From: Kofleriaceae bacterium
GTDB taxonomy: Bacteria > Myxococcota_A > Polyangia > Haliangiales > Haliangiaceae
Direction of reading: 5' to 3'
Assembly: GCA_046597055.1 (NCBI GenBank)
Contig: JBKJLC010000037.1
Span: forward strand, 1-64,000
Length of the DNA: 64,000 nucleotides
Each line of letters starts with the position of its first letter. Position 1 is the first letter of the stretch. Shown here piece after piece: positions 41,229 to 51,612 of the stretch. A model generated the notes under the pieces. That model was not told the DNA's origin, searched no databases, and was given only the letters and a program-made list of their open reading frames with translations. A program made the translations under genes and the position numbers.

Positions 41229-43669
41229 GGGGCCTCCGGGCCGCGGAAGCCGCGGCTCCGCGACGAGCTGACCAGCACGGTCAGCGAGCTGAGCGGCATC
41301 ATCACGGCCGCGACCAGCGGGTGGATGAGGCCGGTCACTGCCAGGGTGCCGCCGATCAGGTTGTAGATGAGCGAGACGCGCAGGTTGCGCCGGATCACCC
41401 GCAGGGTCGCCCGGGCGCCGTCGAGCAGCTCGGCGACCGGTGCCAGCCCGGGCCGGCGCACGAACACGTCGGCGGCGTCGACCGAGGCCTCGGTGGCGCC
41501 ATGGACCGCGATCCCGCAGGTGGCGGCGGCCAGCGCGGCGGCGTCGTTGACGCCATCGCCGACCATCACCACCGGCCCCGCGGCGCGCGCGGCGCGCACC
41601 GCCTCGACCTTGCCTTCGGGCGAGACGCCGCCGCGGACATCGTCGGCGCCGATGCCGAGCGTGACCGCGACCGCGGCGACGATGCGCGGGTCGTCGCCCG
41701 ACAGGATGCCGACCCGCCAGCCGCCCGCGCGGACCCGCGCGATCACGGCGGCGGCGTCGGGCCGGATGGTGTCGGCGAACCCCGCGACCGCCACCGCCCG
41801 GCCGTCGACCGCGATCACGACCGGGGTGCGGGTGGCGGCGGCGATCGCATCGACCGCGGCCCGGATGCCGGCCGGGATCTGGGCGTGGCCGCCGATCCAG
41901 GACGCCGAGCCGACCGCGACCGCGTGGCCGGCGACCCGGCCGCGGATGCCGCGGCCGAGCTCCTCGCCGATCTCGGTGACCGCCAGCGTGGGGTCGTGCT
42001 CGATCGCCGCGACCAGCGCGCGCGCCAGGGGATGGGCGCTCGCCCGCTCGAGCGCGGCCGCCAGCGGCCGGGCGCCGACGTCGCCACGCCACTCGACCAG
42101 CCGCAGCTGGCCCTCGGTGATCGTGCCGGTCTTGTCGAGCAGCAGCAGGCCGGGCGTGGCCAGGCGCTCGAGGGCGTCGCCGCCCTTGACCAGCATGCCG
42201 CGGCGGGCGGCGCGGCCGAGCGCGACCGTCATCGCCAGCGGGGTGGCCAGCCCCAGCGCGCACGGGCAGGTGACGATCAGCAGCGCCATCGCGTGCTCGA
42301 GGCCGGTCCGGGGTCCGGCCGGCGATAGCGACCAGCCCAGCGCGGTCAGCGCGGCCACCACCAGCACGACCGTGACAAACCGGCCGGTGATGCGGTCGGC
42401 GAAGCGCTGGATCGGGGCCCGCCGGCGCGCCTCGTCGTCGATGCGCGCGATCAGCCGGCCGACCCGGGTGTCCTCGCCGGTGGCGGTGGCGCGGATCGTC
42501 AGCGGCGCGCCCAGGTTGACGGTGCCGGCGTGGACCGGGTCGCCGGCGTGGACCGCGACCGGCCGCGACTCGCCGGTGAGCAGCCCGGCGTCGACGGTCG
42601 AGCGGCCGGTCACGACCGTGCCGTCGACCGGGATGGTATCGCCGGCGCGGGCCTCGATCCGATCGCCGATCCCGATCGCCTCGACCGGGACGTCCTGGGC
42701 CACGCCCGCGGCGTCGAGCCGGCGCGCGACCCGTGGCGTGAGCGCGTGGAGCAGCTCGGCCGCGCTGGCCGCGCGCCGGTGATGCCGGCTCTGGACCCAG
42801 CGGGCCACCAGCAGCAGGAACACCAGCATCGCCAGCGAGTCGAAGTAGATCTCGCCGACGCCGCGCACCGTGTTGAGCGCGCCCCAGGCCAGGCCGACCG
42901 CGATGCCGAGCGCGAGCGGCAGGTCGAGATGGAGGCGCCCCGAGCGGACCGCGCCGATCGCGCCCCGGAAGAACGGGGACGCGGCGAAGCCGAGGGCCGG
43001 CACCGCGACCAGCATCGACGCCCACCGGAAGAAGCTGGTGTCGCCCGCGCCCATCCCGCCGAACAGGCCGGCGTAGAGCGCGATCGCGAGCAGCATGATG
43101 TTGCCGGCGGCGGCGCCGGCGACGCCGATCTTGACCAGGAGCGCGCGGTCCTCGCGCCGGCGCAGCGCCTCGCGATCGGCGCCGCGGTAGGGATGGACCG
43201 GGTGCCCGAGCCGGTCGAGCAGCCGCGCGATCGCCGACAGGTGCACCCGCCGCGGATCGAAGATCACGTCGGCGCGGCCCCGGCCGAAGTCGAGCCGGAG
43301 CTCGACCACGCCGTCGAGCAGCGCCGGGAGCCGCTCGACCAGCCACACGCACGCGGTGCAGCGCACGTCCTCGAGGTAGAGCGCGGTCGCGACCAGGCCA
43401 TCGGCGCGCGCGCGCACGTGCAGCTGGTGGAAGCCGAGGTCGTCGAGCTCGCGGTAGCTCTTGCTGGTGGTGCGCGCGGGTGCGAGCGCGTCGCCGGCCA
43501 CGCGGTAGTAGCCGTCGAGGCCGTGCTCGGCGAGGGCGTCGAACACGACCTCGCAGCCGGCGCAGCAGAACTGGCGGGCGGGGTCGGGACCGCGCAGGCC
43601 GGGCGGGACCGTCAGGCCGCAGTGGGCGCACACGACCGCGGGCGCCGCGGCGCGGGCGAGCGCGCTCAT
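41225..43669 (-). CDS. ccoI: Copper-translocating P1B ATPase CcoI/FixI
   Basis: CAHC, FCCAGC, CTACVW, YFDS, TGES, CPCAL, DKTGT, GDGVND. Confidence 0.93.
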   Translation of the reverse strand: MSALARAAAPAVVCAHCGLTVPPGLRGPDPARQFCCAGCEVVFDALAEHGLDGYYRVAGDALAPARTTSKSYRELDDLGFHQLHVRARADGLVATALYLEDVRCTACVWLVERLPALLDGVVELRLDFGRGRADVIFDPRRVHLSAIARLLDRLGHPVHPYRGADREALRRREDRALLVKIGVAGAAAGNIMLLAIALYAGLFGGMGAGDTSFFRWASMLVAVPALGFAASPFFRGAIGAVRSGRLHLDLPLALGIAVGLAWGALNTVRGVGEIYFDSLAMLVFLLLVARWVQSRHHRRAASAAELLHALTPRVARRLDAAGVAQDVPVEAIGIGDRIEARAGDTIPVDGTVVTGRSTVDAGLLTGESRPVAVHAGDPVHAGTVNLGAPLTIRATATGEDTRVGRLIARIDDEARRRAPIQRFADRITGRFVTVVLVVAALTALGWSLSPAGPRTGLEHAMALLIVTCPCALGLATPLAMTVALGRAARRGMLVKGGDALERLATPGLLLLDKTGTITEGQLRLVEWRGDVGARPLAAALERASAHPLARALVAAIEHDPTLAVTEIGEELGRGIRGRVAGHAVAVGSASWIGGHAQIPAGIRAAVDAIAAATRTPVVIAVDGRAVAVAGFADTIRPDAAAVIARVRAGGWRVGILSGDDPRIVAAVAVTLGIGADDVRGGVSPEGKVEAVRAARAAGPVVMVGDGVNDAAALAAATCGIAVHGATEASVDAADVFVRRPGLAPVAELLDGARATLRVIRRNLRVSLIYNLIGGTLAVTGLIHPLVAAVMMPLSSLTVLVSSSRSRGFRGPEAP

Positions 43670-44397
43670 GGCTGCACCGGGTGGCAGGCCGGGCCGGTCG
43701 GGGCGGCGTGGGTCGCGTCGACCGCGTCGGTGGCGACGCCGGCCCGGAGCACCGGGACCCGGGCGGTGAGCGCGACCACGCCGAGGCCGATCAGCACGGT
43801 CGCGGTCACCAGTGGCAGCCGCGCGCCGAGCCGGCGGACCAGGCTGCCGGCGATCGCGCCGAGGCCGACCATCATCGGCACCGTTCCCAGCCAGAAGGTC
43901 GCCATCACCACCGCGCCGCCGACGAGCGAGCCGGTGCCGGCGGCGACCAGCACGAACGCCCACAGCCAGCCGCACGGCAAGGCGGCGCTGAGCAGCCCGA
44001 GCAGCGCCGCCCGGGTCCGCGGCCGCCGCCGGCGCAGCTGCACGACGGCGCGGTTCCAGGTGCGCGGGCGCAAGCGTGGCACCGGCACGCCGAGCGCGGC
44101 GGCGAGGGCGAGGGTGCCCCACGCGATCACCGCGAGGCCGGCGACGACCATCGCGGCCCGCTGGATGGCCGCCAGCCGGCCGGCGAGATCGACCACCGCG
44201 CCGACCCCACCGGCGATCGTGCCAAGCGTGATGTACGCGACCAGGCGGCCGCCAGCGTGGGTGAGCGCGCCGGCCCAGCGCGCCCCGCGCCGGTGGCCGG
44301 GATCGAGGTACAGCGCCTGCAACGGTCCGCACATGGCGGCGCAGTGCAGGCTGCCGACCACGCTGGCGGCGAGCACCGAGCCGAGCAACCCGATCAC
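43666..44397 (-). CDS. DsbD_2 / TauE-like membrane protein of cco clusters
   Basis: [25 protein letters not shown]. Confidence 0.88.
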   Translation of the reverse strand: MIGLLGSVLAASVVGSLHCAAMCGPLQALYLDPGHRRGARWAGALTHAGGRLVAYITLGTIAGGVGAVVDLAGRLAAIQRAAMVVAGLAVIAWGTLALAAALGVPVPRLRPRTWNRAVVQLRRRRPRTRAALLGLLSAALPCGWLWAFVLVAAGTGSLVGGAVVMATFWLGTVPMMVGLGAIAGSLVRRLGARLPLVTATVLIGLGVVALTARVPVLRAGVATDAVDATHAAPTGPACHPVQP

Positions 44398-44861
44398 GGC
44401 CGGCCAGTCCCGGCGAGCTCGACCAGCCGGTCGGCGACCCAGCGGTCGGGGCCGCGCTCGACGAGGATCGCGAGGTCGTGCAGGCCGGCGCGATCGCCGG
44501 GCAGGGTGGCGCGGTAGACGCCGGGGCCGGCCGCGACCAGGGTCGCCGAGGTCGGCCGATCGGTGTGGCCGCGCGGCACGCCGTGGACCGTCACCGCCGC
44601 GCCGGCCACGGGCGCGCCGGCGGGGTCGCGCACGGTCAGCTCGATCACCCGCCCGCGCGCCGCGACCGCGCCGGTCCAGCCCAGCCGCACGCTGGCCTCG
44701 GCCTCGGCCATGGTCTGGTCCCAGCCGATCGCGCGCTGGTAGTAGTCGGGCAGCACTCGACCCCGGGTGCTGCCGGCCGCGCCGATCAGCACCGCGACCG
44801 CGACCGCGTTGCCGACCAGCAGGCCGACGATGATTCCGATCCAGCGGGCTCCAGGGCTCAT
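44394..44861 (-). CDS. ccoH: FixH/CcoH family protein
   Basis: N-terminal TM, PDYYQRAIGWD, LGW, Ig-like tail; position in the operon. Confidence 0.8.
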   Translation of the reverse strand: MSPGARWIGIIVGLLVGNAVAVAVLIGAAGSTRGRVLPDYYQRAIGWDQTMAEAEASVRLGWTGAVAARGRVIELTVRDPAGAPVAGAAVTVHGVPRGHTDRPTSATLVAAGPGVYRATLPGDRAGLHDLAILVERGPDRWVADRLVELAGTGRP

Positions 44862-46330
44862 GGCGTGGGCTCCGGACCCAGGAGCGTGAGCTCGAGGGTC
44901 GTGTGCCAGCCGAGGTCGTCGGCGACGACGACCCGGGCCGGGTGGCGGCCGTGCGCGAACCGCGCGCGCGGCGACAGGACGAACAGCGGCACCACGGTGG
45001 CGGCGCCGGCGGCGAGCGGGTAGCTGCCGCGCGGATCGATCACCCGGGCGTCGGGCACGTCGAGCACGCGCACGGTGTAGGTCCGGGCCGCGCCGGCCCG
45101 GTTCTCGATCTTGATCCGGACCGGGGTCGACACCGTGCCGTCGGCGAGCAGCGTGAACGGGTCGCCGTCGGAGCGGAGCAGCCACACGTCGGCCTCGGTG
45201 CGCGCGCGCACCTGGCCGACGAACAGCACCGCCACCACCAGCAGCAGCGCCGGGTAGATCACGGTGCGCGCGCGCCACACCTCGCGCACGCGCCCGGCGA
45301 GCTCCGCCTTGGACGTGTAGCGGATCAAGCCGCGGGGCCGCTCGAGCCGGTCCATGATCGGGTCGCAGGCGTCGATGCACTGGGCGCAGCCGATACATTC
45401 CATCTGCAAGCCCTGGCGGATGTCGATGCCGGTCGGGCAGGTGGTGACGCACGCGCGGCAGTCGACACAGTCGCCGGCCGGCTGCGCGGGCGCGGCCGGC
45501 GCGGGCATGGGGGCGGCGCCCGAGAGCACGACCAGGCTGCGCGCGCGCTTGCCGCCGGGCGCCTTGCCGCGCGGCTCGCCGCGGCGCTCGTCGTAGCCGA
45601 CGATCAGCGAGTGTTCGTCGAGCATCACGCTCTGCAGGCGTCCATACGGGCAGGCCACCACGCAGGTCTGTTCGCGGAAGTACGCGAAGTCGCCGAACAT
45701 GAGCGCGGTCACCGTCAGCACGACGCCGAACCCGACCGGATGGACCGCCGGCGACGATCGCACCCACGAGGCGACCGTCGACGCTCCGACGAAGTACGAC
45801 AGGAAGGTATGGGCCAGCGCGAACGCGAGCACGGCGTAGACCAGCCACTTCGCGACCCGGCGCCACGACCGGCCGCCGCGGGCGTCGAGGTGGCGTGACG
45901 CCGACGGGCTGCCCTCGAACAGGCGCTCGATCGGACGGAACACCCACTCCAGATAGATCGTCTGCGGGCAGCCCCAGCCGCACCACACCCGGCCCGCGAG
46001 CGTGGTCACCAGGACCACCGCGAGCGCGACAGTGAGGCCGAACAGCATCAGGATGTAGCCGTCGGCGGGGCGGAAGGTCGCGCCGAAGAAGGTGAACTCG
46101 CGCCGCAGCAGGTCAAGCAGGATCGCCGGCTTGCCGCCGAGCTCGAGGTACGGCAGCGACACGAACAGCGCGATCAGCGCGTAGCCGACCGCCCGCCGCG
46201 CGGCATGGAACCGTCCCGGCGAGACCCGGGGATGCAGCGTGCACCGCGAGCCATCGCGGTTGAGCGTGGACAGCACCGGCGCCGGGGCCTGGACGATCCC
46301 CGGGATCGAGGCGGCGCGCGGGGCCGACAT
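44858..46330 (-). CDS. ccoG: CcoG/FixG 4Fe-4S accessory protein
   Basis: GRVWCGWGCPQT, REQTCVVACPY, CVDCRACVTTCP, CIGCAQCIDAC. Confidence 0.95.
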   Translation of the reverse strand: MSAPRAASIPGIVQAPAPVLSTLNRDGSRCTLHPRVSPGRFHAARRAVGYALIALFVSLPYLELGGKPAILLDLLRREFTFFGATFRPADGYILMLFGLTVALAVVLVTTLAGRVWCGWGCPQTIYLEWVFRPIERLFEGSPSASRHLDARGGRSWRRVAKWLVYAVLAFALAHTFLSYFVGASTVASWVRSSPAVHPVGFGVVLTVTALMFGDFAYFREQTCVVACPYGRLQSVMLDEHSLIVGYDERRGEPRGKAPGGKRARSLVVLSGAAPMPAPAAPAQPAGDCVDCRACVTTCPTGIDIRQGLQMECIGCAQCIDACDPIMDRLERPRGLIRYTSKAELAGRVREVWRARTVIYPALLLVVAVLFVGQVRARTEADVWLLRSDGDPFTLLADGTVSTPVRIKIENRAGAARTYTVRVLDVPDARVIDPRGSYPLAAGAATVVPLFVLSPRARFAHGRHPARVVVADDLGWHTTLELTLLGPEPTP

Positions 46331-46968
46331 CAGAAAATCTCGACGCGCCGGCCCTCGGCGGCCTTGCCGGCCGGTGCGTCGGTGCCGCGCAGGCGGATCA
46401 CCCACACCGTCGCGGCGTTGACCTCGGCTGGCGGCAGCACCGCGCCCCACGCGAGCATGCCCTTCTCGGGGACGCCGGCGCTGATCGTGTGGTGGAGATC
46501 GAGCCGGGTGGCCCCGTGGATCTGGAAGCGGTCGGTGAGGTTGGGGCCGACCAGGCCGCGGCCGTCGTCAGCGTGACAGCTCACGCAGTGCTTGACGAAC
46601 ACCGCCTGGCCGGTGGCGACCACCGCCGGATCCTTGGCCAGCGCGGTCAGCGCGGCCTCGTCGAGCACGACCTCCTCTTGGGCGGCGCCGGCGCGCACGG
46701 CCTCGAGCTCGCGCAGGTCGGCGGCGTACACCTCGTGGTCCGACCGACCGGGCCCACCGCCGTGATACCAGTACAGGTAGCCCACCGAGTACGCGATGGT
46801 CAGCGCGAAGAGGCCCTTCCACCAGAACGGCATCGGGTTGTCGTACTCGCGAATGCCGTCGTACTCGTGATGCAGCAGCAGGGCCTCGTCGGTGGCGTCG
46901 CGGCCCGCGGTGGCGCCGTCGTCGCCATCGTCGTGGTCGCGATCCGGGAGCTCGAGCGCGGTCATCAT
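46330..46968 (-). CDS. ccoP: cbb3 oxidase subunit III, monoheme CcoP
   Basis: HEYDGIREYDNPMPFWW, CVSCH, GPNLTD, KGMLAW. Confidence 0.92.
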   Translation of the reverse strand: MMTALELPDRDHDDGDDGATAGRDATDEALLLHHEYDGIREYDNPMPFWWKGLFALTIAYSVGYLYWYHGGGPGRSDHEVYAADLRELEAVRAGAAQEEVVLDEAALTALAKDPAVVATGQAVFVKHCVSCHADDGRGLVGPNLTDRFQIHGATRLDLHHTISAGVPEKGMLAWGAVLPPAEVNAATVWVIRLRGTDAPAGKAAEGRRVEIF

Positions 46969-47153
46969 CGACCTCCGGTGCGCGGGTCGGGGGCGCCGTC
47001 GTCGAACGGCAGCGCGGCGGCCAGATCGTGCTCGGCGCGCGACCGCACCAGCGCACGGATGCTGACCGCGATGAACACGGCGAAGAAGAGGAGCATCGCG
47101 ACCTCGGTGAGCTGACCGGGGGTCAGCCGCGAGACCAGCTCGGATAGACGCAT
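46965..47153 (-). CDS. ccoQ: cbb3 oxidase subunit CcoQ
   Basis: Single TM then AALPFDD; between ccoO and ccoP. Confidence 0.8.
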   Translation of the reverse strand: MRLSELVSRLTPGQLTEVAMLLFFAVFIAVSIRALVRSRAEHDLAAALPFDDGAPDPRTGGR

Positions 47154-47154
47154 G

Positions 47155-49368
47155 TCAGTTGCCTCCGGTGGCGACGGTGGCCGCCGCCGCCTTCTTGATG
47201 TCGGTGCCCAGCCGCTGCATGTACGCGATCAGCGCGATCACCTCGCGATCGGCGACCCCGGTGGGACCGCCCTGCGCGGCGAGCTCGGCGGCGAGCTGCT
47301 CGGCCTGGAGCCGGGCCAGCCCGCCGGCGTCGTCGAGCGCGGCCCGGCTGTACGGGGTGCCGAGCATCGCCAGCGCGTCGACCCGGTCCTGGACGTCGCC
47401 GAACGGGATGCGGTCCGCGAACAGGTGCGGGTAGCTCGGCATGAGCGAGCCCTTCGAGGTCGCCCGTGGATCCTCGAAGTGGCGCCAGTGCCAGACGTGG
47501 TTGCGCTTGCCGCCCTCGCGGTGCAGATCGGGGCCGATCCGGCGGCTGCCCCACTGGAACGGACGGTCGTAGATGAACTCGCCGGGCTTGGAGTACTCGC
47601 CGTACCGCACCGTCTCGTCGACGAACGGCCGGATCATCTGCGAGTGGCAGTTGTAGCAACCCTCGCGGATGTAGATGTCACGGCCGTAGACCTCGAGCGG
47701 CGTGTACGGCTTGACCGCGGCGATGCGCGGCACGTTGTCGCCGATCAGGAACGCCGGCAGGATCTCGAACAGCGACGCGACGATCACCGCGATCGTGACG
47801 AGCACGGTGAACACCGCCGGCATGCCCTCCCAGCGGCGGTGCCAGTAGGTCGAGGCCGCCTCGGGCCGCAGCGCGCGCGGGTCGGCGGCCACCGGCGTGC
47901 GCCAGGTCGGCACCGGCACGGTGACGTCGAGGTCGGCGTACACGGCGGGCCGGGCCAGCCAGGTCCGGTAGACGTTGTAGATGCCGATCAGCGTCCCGGC
48001 GATGTAGAGCGAGCCGCCGATCATGCGCACCCAGTACATCGGGACCAGCCGCACGGTGGTCTCGACGAAGTCGGGGAACTGCAGGCGGCCGGTGTCGTCG
48101 AACGCGCGCCACATGAGGCCCTCGGTGATGCCGGCGGCCCACAGCGCGATCACGTAGAGGACGATGCCCACGGTCGACACCCAGAAGTGGGCCGACGCCA
48201 GCTGCTTGGAGTACAGCGGCGTCTGGAACAGCCGCGGGACCAGCCAGTACACCATCCCGAAGATCATGAAGCCGACCCAGCCGAGCGCACCGCCGTGGAC
48301 GTGGGCGATGTTCCAGTTGGTGTAGTGCGACAGCGCGTTGATGCTCTTCACCGACATCATCGGGCCCTCGAACGTCGCCATCCCGTAGAACGTGATCGCG
48401 ACGACGAAGAACTTGAGCACCGGGTCCTCGGCGACCTTGTTCCAGGCGCCGCGCAGCGTGAGCAGGCCGTTGATCATGCCGCCCCACGACGGCATCCACA
48501 GCATCACCGAGAAGATCATCCCCAGCGTCGACGCCCACGCCGGCAGCGCCGTGTAGTGGAGGTGGTGGGGCCCGGCCCAGATGTAGATGAACACCAGGCT
48601 CCAGAAGTGGAGGATCGACAGCCGGTAGCTGAAGACCGGCCGCTCGGCCGCCTTGGGCAGGAAGTAGTACATGAGCCCGAGGAAGGGCGTGGTCAGGAAG
48701 AACGCGACCGCGTTGTGCCCGTACCACCACTGCATGAAGGCGTCCTGGACGCCGGCGTAGATCGAGTAGCTCTTGAGCGGCCCGGCCGGGATCACGAGGT
48801 TGTTGAAGATGTGGAGGATGGCGACGGTGATGATCGTCGCGATGTAGAACCACAGCGCCACGTAGAGGTGGCGCTCGCGGCGGCGCGCGATCGTGCCGAA
48901 GAAGTTGACCGCGAAGACCACCCACACGACGGTGATCGCGAGATCGATCGGCCACTCGAGCTCGGCGTACTCCTTGCCCTGGGTGTAGCCGAGCGGCAGC
49001 GTGATCGCCGCGGCCACGATGATGAGCTGCCAGCCCCAGAAGTGGATGGCCGACAGCGTGTCGCTGAACATGCGGGCCTTGAGCAGCCGCTGCGACGAGT
49101 AGTAGATCGCCGCGAACATGCCGTTGCCGGCGAACGCGAAGATCACGGCGTTGGTGTGGAGCGGCCGCAGCCGGCCGAACGTGAAGTACGGCGCGAAGTT
49201 CAGGCTGGGCCACACCAGCTGCGCCGCGATCCACAGCCCGACCAGCATGCCTACCGCGCCCCACACCAGGGTGGCGGTGACGAACTTGCGGACGATCGCG
49301 TCGTCGTAGCGGAAGGTCTCGGTGCGGCGCGGCGTCGCATCGGACGGGGAGTCGACGTCAGTGCTCAT
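47155..49368 (-). CDS. ccoNO: Fused cbb3 oxidase subunits I/II
   Basis: RLRPLHTN, WWYGHNAV, WAGPHHL, AHVH; CcoO part EGCYNCHSQMIRP, GSRRIGPDL. Confidence 0.96.
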   Translation of the reverse strand: MSTDVDSPSDATPRRTETFRYDDAIVRKFVTATLVWGAVGMLVGLWIAAQLVWPSLNFAPYFTFGRLRPLHTNAVIFAFAGNGMFAAIYYSSQRLLKARMFSDTLSAIHFWGWQLIIVAAAITLPLGYTQGKEYAELEWPIDLAITVVWVVFAVNFFGTIARRRERHLYVALWFYIATIITVAILHIFNNLVIPAGPLKSYSIYAGVQDAFMQWWYGHNAVAFFLTTPFLGLMYYFLPKAAERPVFSYRLSILHFWSLVFIYIWAGPHHLHYTALPAWASTLGMIFSVMLWMPSWGGMINGLLTLRGAWNKVAEDPVLKFFVVAITFYGMATFEGPMMSVKSINALSHYTNWNIAHVHGGALGWVGFMIFGMVYWLVPRLFQTPLYSKQLASAHFWVSTVGIVLYVIALWAAGITEGLMWRAFDDTGRLQFPDFVETTVRLVPMYWVRMIGGSLYIAGTLIGIYNVYRTWLARPAVYADLDVTVPVPTWRTPVAADPRALRPEAASTYWHRRWEGMPAVFTVLVTIAVIVASLFEILPAFLIGDNVPRIAAVKPYTPLEVYGRDIYIREGCYNCHSQMIRPFVDETVRYGEYSKPGEFIYDRPFQWGSRRIGPDLHREGGKRNHVWHWRHFEDPRATSKGSLMPSYPHLFADRIPFGDVQDRVDALAMLGTPYSRAALDDAGGLARLQAEQLAAELAAQGGPTGVADREVIALIAYMQRLGTDIKKAAAATVATGGN

Positions 49369-49384
49369 CGTGTGCTGGTACTCA

Positions 49385-49528
49385 GCAACCGGTGTGCCCG
49401 CAGGACCGGCGCGGTCCGCGCAAGGTTTTCGTGGGCCCCGGTCGTGGCGTGCTTCGGGCGCAGGTCCTGCGCGGCAGGTTCCGGCTGCGCGGCGTCGTGC
49501 GGGCCGACCCGGGTGGCGCATCGCGTGC
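49385..49528. promoter_or_regulatory. Divergent sigma54-type promoters sharing a central palindrome
   Basis: Minus GGGCAC-ACCGG-TTGC (49399-49385, ccoNO); GCGCA-GGTCC-TGCGC (49458-49472); plus TGGCGC-ATCGC-GTGC (49514-49528). Confidence 0.7.
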
Positions 49529-49543
49529 AGTCGAGTCCCGGTC

Positions 49544-50048
49544 ATGACCGAGGTGGTCCGCGCTGCGGGTGCCCCTGACGCGATCGATGGCCGGTGGATC
49601 GTGACGTTCGTCGTGGCCGAGCTGGTGGGACTCGGTGGCATCGTGCTGGTCGGCGCCCACCTCGGCGACCTGGTCGAGCGGTCGCCGCTCGGCTCGATCG
49701 CGCTGGGCGCGGCGGTCGGCGTGCTCGGGGGCGGGTTGGTGGCTGGGCTGCTCGGGCGCCGACTCCGAGCCCGGCATGCCCCGCTCGAGCGACGGCGGTG
49801 GGCCTGCGGCACGGTCGCGGGAGGCGTGCTGGCCTGCGGCGTGGCCGCGGTGGTGCTGTTCCTGCGGGTCGTCGACCCCGGCGTGACCGCCGGGCCCGGG
49901 CCGATCCGCCAGCCGAGGCGGCCGGCCGGGGGCGGTGCTCGTCGGCGTCGTGGGGGCGCTGGTCGGCATCGCGACCGGATTCACCGTTTGGCACGAGGCG
50001 CATTGTGACGAGCAAGCGCAGGGCGCGCTGGTCGCCGAGCGGGCGTGA
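49544..50048 (+). pseudogene. Membrane protein with a probable frameshift near 49920
   Basis: Three TM helices in one frame; a fourth (AVLVGVVGALVGIATGF) in another frame after a G run; may be a sequencing error. Confidence 0.5.
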
Positions 50049-50083
50049 CGGCCACGAACCAGGCCGCAAGGGTGCAGCAGCGG

Positions 50084-50545
50084 TCAGCGCGGCTGGCTGC
50101 GCCGGAGCGAGGCCAGCGGGTACACTGGCTCGCCGCGGCACACCTCGGCCCGGCCGCAGCGTGGATTGACGAAGACCAGGTCGGCGTACACCGAGGCGAA
50201 CGCGGCGGCCAGGCGTCGCTCGAGCGCGCCGCGCGCGGGCGGGGCCGGACCGGCCAGGTCGGCAGCCGCGACCGCAAACATGGCTGGCAGCCCGTGCGGG
50301 TCGAGGTCCTTCCACTCGCACGACTCGCCGGCCGGCCCCGGCGCGGTGGGCCACAGGGGCTCCTGGGGCGCGCAGTCGGGGTGGGTGCCGCACGCCTCGG
50401 TCTTGCGGACGCGGGCGCGGAACGCGAGCTCCACCAGGTCCTGGCAGGCGGCGCGATCGAGCGTGGGCGCGACCGCGCAGGCGCGGGCCGTGATCGCCTC
50501 GACCACGCCGGCGAACGTCTGGTCTCCGAGGAAGAGCTGATACAC
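50084..50545 (-). CDS. Hypothetical Cys-containing protein
   Basis: GAGG RBS; follows the small TM peptide gene. Confidence 0.55.
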   Translation of the reverse strand: MYQLFLGDQTFAGVVEAITARACAVAPTLDRAACQDLVELAFRARVRKTEACGTHPDCAPQEPLWPTAPGPAGESCEWKDLDPHGLPAMFAVAAADLAGPAPPARGALERRLAAAFASVYADLVFVNPRCGRAEVCRGEPVYPLASLRRSQPR

Positions 50546-50556
50546 GGGAGACCTCG

Positions 50557-50673
50557 TCAGGTGATCATGAAGACGACCATCACCGCGACCAGCCCGCAGA
50601 CCAGGGCGGTCCAGATCAGGATCTCGAGGACGAGGTGCATGCCGCTCGGCGGGCTCGTGGGCGCGATAGCCAT
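50557..50673 (-). CDS. 38-aa single-TM peptide
   Basis: MAIAPTSPPSGMHLVLEILIWTALVCGLVAVMVVFMIT, directly after a sigma54 motif. Confidence 0.55.
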   Translation of the reverse strand: MAIAPTSPPSGMHLVLEILIWTALVCGLVAVMVVFMIT

Positions 50674-50687
50674 GGTGAGCCTGCCGA

Positions 50688-50777
50688 GCACGGCGCGTGC
50701 CGGGGACCGACGCGACCGAACGCGAAAAGCCTGCGCCGCGCGGCGCCCGACCTCACGGGTGCGCGCACGGGTTGCGC
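50688..50777 (-). promoter_or_regulatory. sigma54-type promoter plus palindrome pair
   Basis: CGGCAC-GCGCC-GTGC (50702-50688); GCGAA-AAGCC-TGCGC (50722); GCGCA-CGGGT-TGCGC (50763). Confidence 0.65.
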
Positions 50778-50789
50778 AGCCGTCGTGGC

Positions 50790-51566
50790 TCAGGCGGCCA
50801 CGAGCCGCGCGAGGTCGAGGCCGCTGGCCACGCCGGTGATCTCGGGCCCGACGAACGCGACCACCCGCCAGACCGCGAGCGCCGCGGCCTGCGCGGCGGC
50901 GTCGTGCAGGAAGGTCCGCGCCGGCAGACACAGGATCGCGCGCTCGCAGGCATCTTCGACCGCGGTCGTCGGCGGCAGGTCGCGGGCGACCAGGGCATCG
51001 AGCGGCGTGAACACGCCGATCGGCCACTGGTCCCGCATCACGACCACGTCGGTCGAGCCCTGGGCGAGCGCGGCCGCGGCGGTCGCGACCGTCGCCGAGG
51101 CGCGCACCGTGGTCACCGGCCCGCGGGTCACCTCCGACAGCGGGAGCTGGACCCGGGCGTCGCGCACCGCGGCGGTCAGGTCGAGGGTGGTGATGACGCC
51201 GACCGCGCGGCCACCCGCGACGACGAACAGCCGGTGGACCCGGGCGGCGACCATCTGCCGGGCCGCGTCGCGCAGCGAGGTCTCCGGCGTGCACACCAGC
51301 GGCGTGTGGGTGACCAGCGCGGCGACCCGCAGCTCGGGCACCACCAGCACGTGCTGGCCGCGGTGGCGACCGGGCTCGATCCGACCGGCGTGCAGCAGGT
51401 CGGTCCGCGAGATCACGCCGGCGAAGGTGCCGTCGTCATCGGCGACGGGCAGCGCCGAGATGCGCTGGTCGTCGAGGAGCCGGGCGACCGCGGACAGCAG
51501 GGTGTCGCTGGTGACCACGACCAGGTCGGTGGACATGTACGACGAGACGGGCTGGCGGAAAGGCAT
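50790..51566 (-). CDS. CBS-domain protein, paralogue of 40262-41050
   Basis: ISALPV..GVISRTDLL, WPIGVFT..ARDLP, SGLDLAR; upstream TGGCCG-AGAAC-CTGC at 51594-51580. Confidence 0.88.
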   Translation of the reverse strand: MPFRQPVSSYMSTDLVVVTSDTLLSAVARLLDDQRISALPVADDDGTFAGVISRTDLLHAGRIEPGRHRGQHVLVVPELRVAALVTHTPLVCTPETSLRDAARQMVAARVHRLFVVAGGRAVGVITTLDLTAAVRDARVQLPLSEVTRGPVTTVRASATVATAAAALAQGSTDVVVMRDQWPIGVFTPLDALVARDLPPTTAVEDACERAILCLPARTFLHDAAAQAAALAVWRVVAFVGPEITGVASGLDLARLVAA

Positions 51567-51612
51567 GGCGGGTCCGACTGCAGGTTCTCGGCCAGCGCCG
51601 CCGGCGCGCAGG

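Noticed and set aside
47155..49368. ccoN-ccoO fusion and monoheme CcoP as novelties
   Set aside because: Already known in Myxococcota and Bacteroidota
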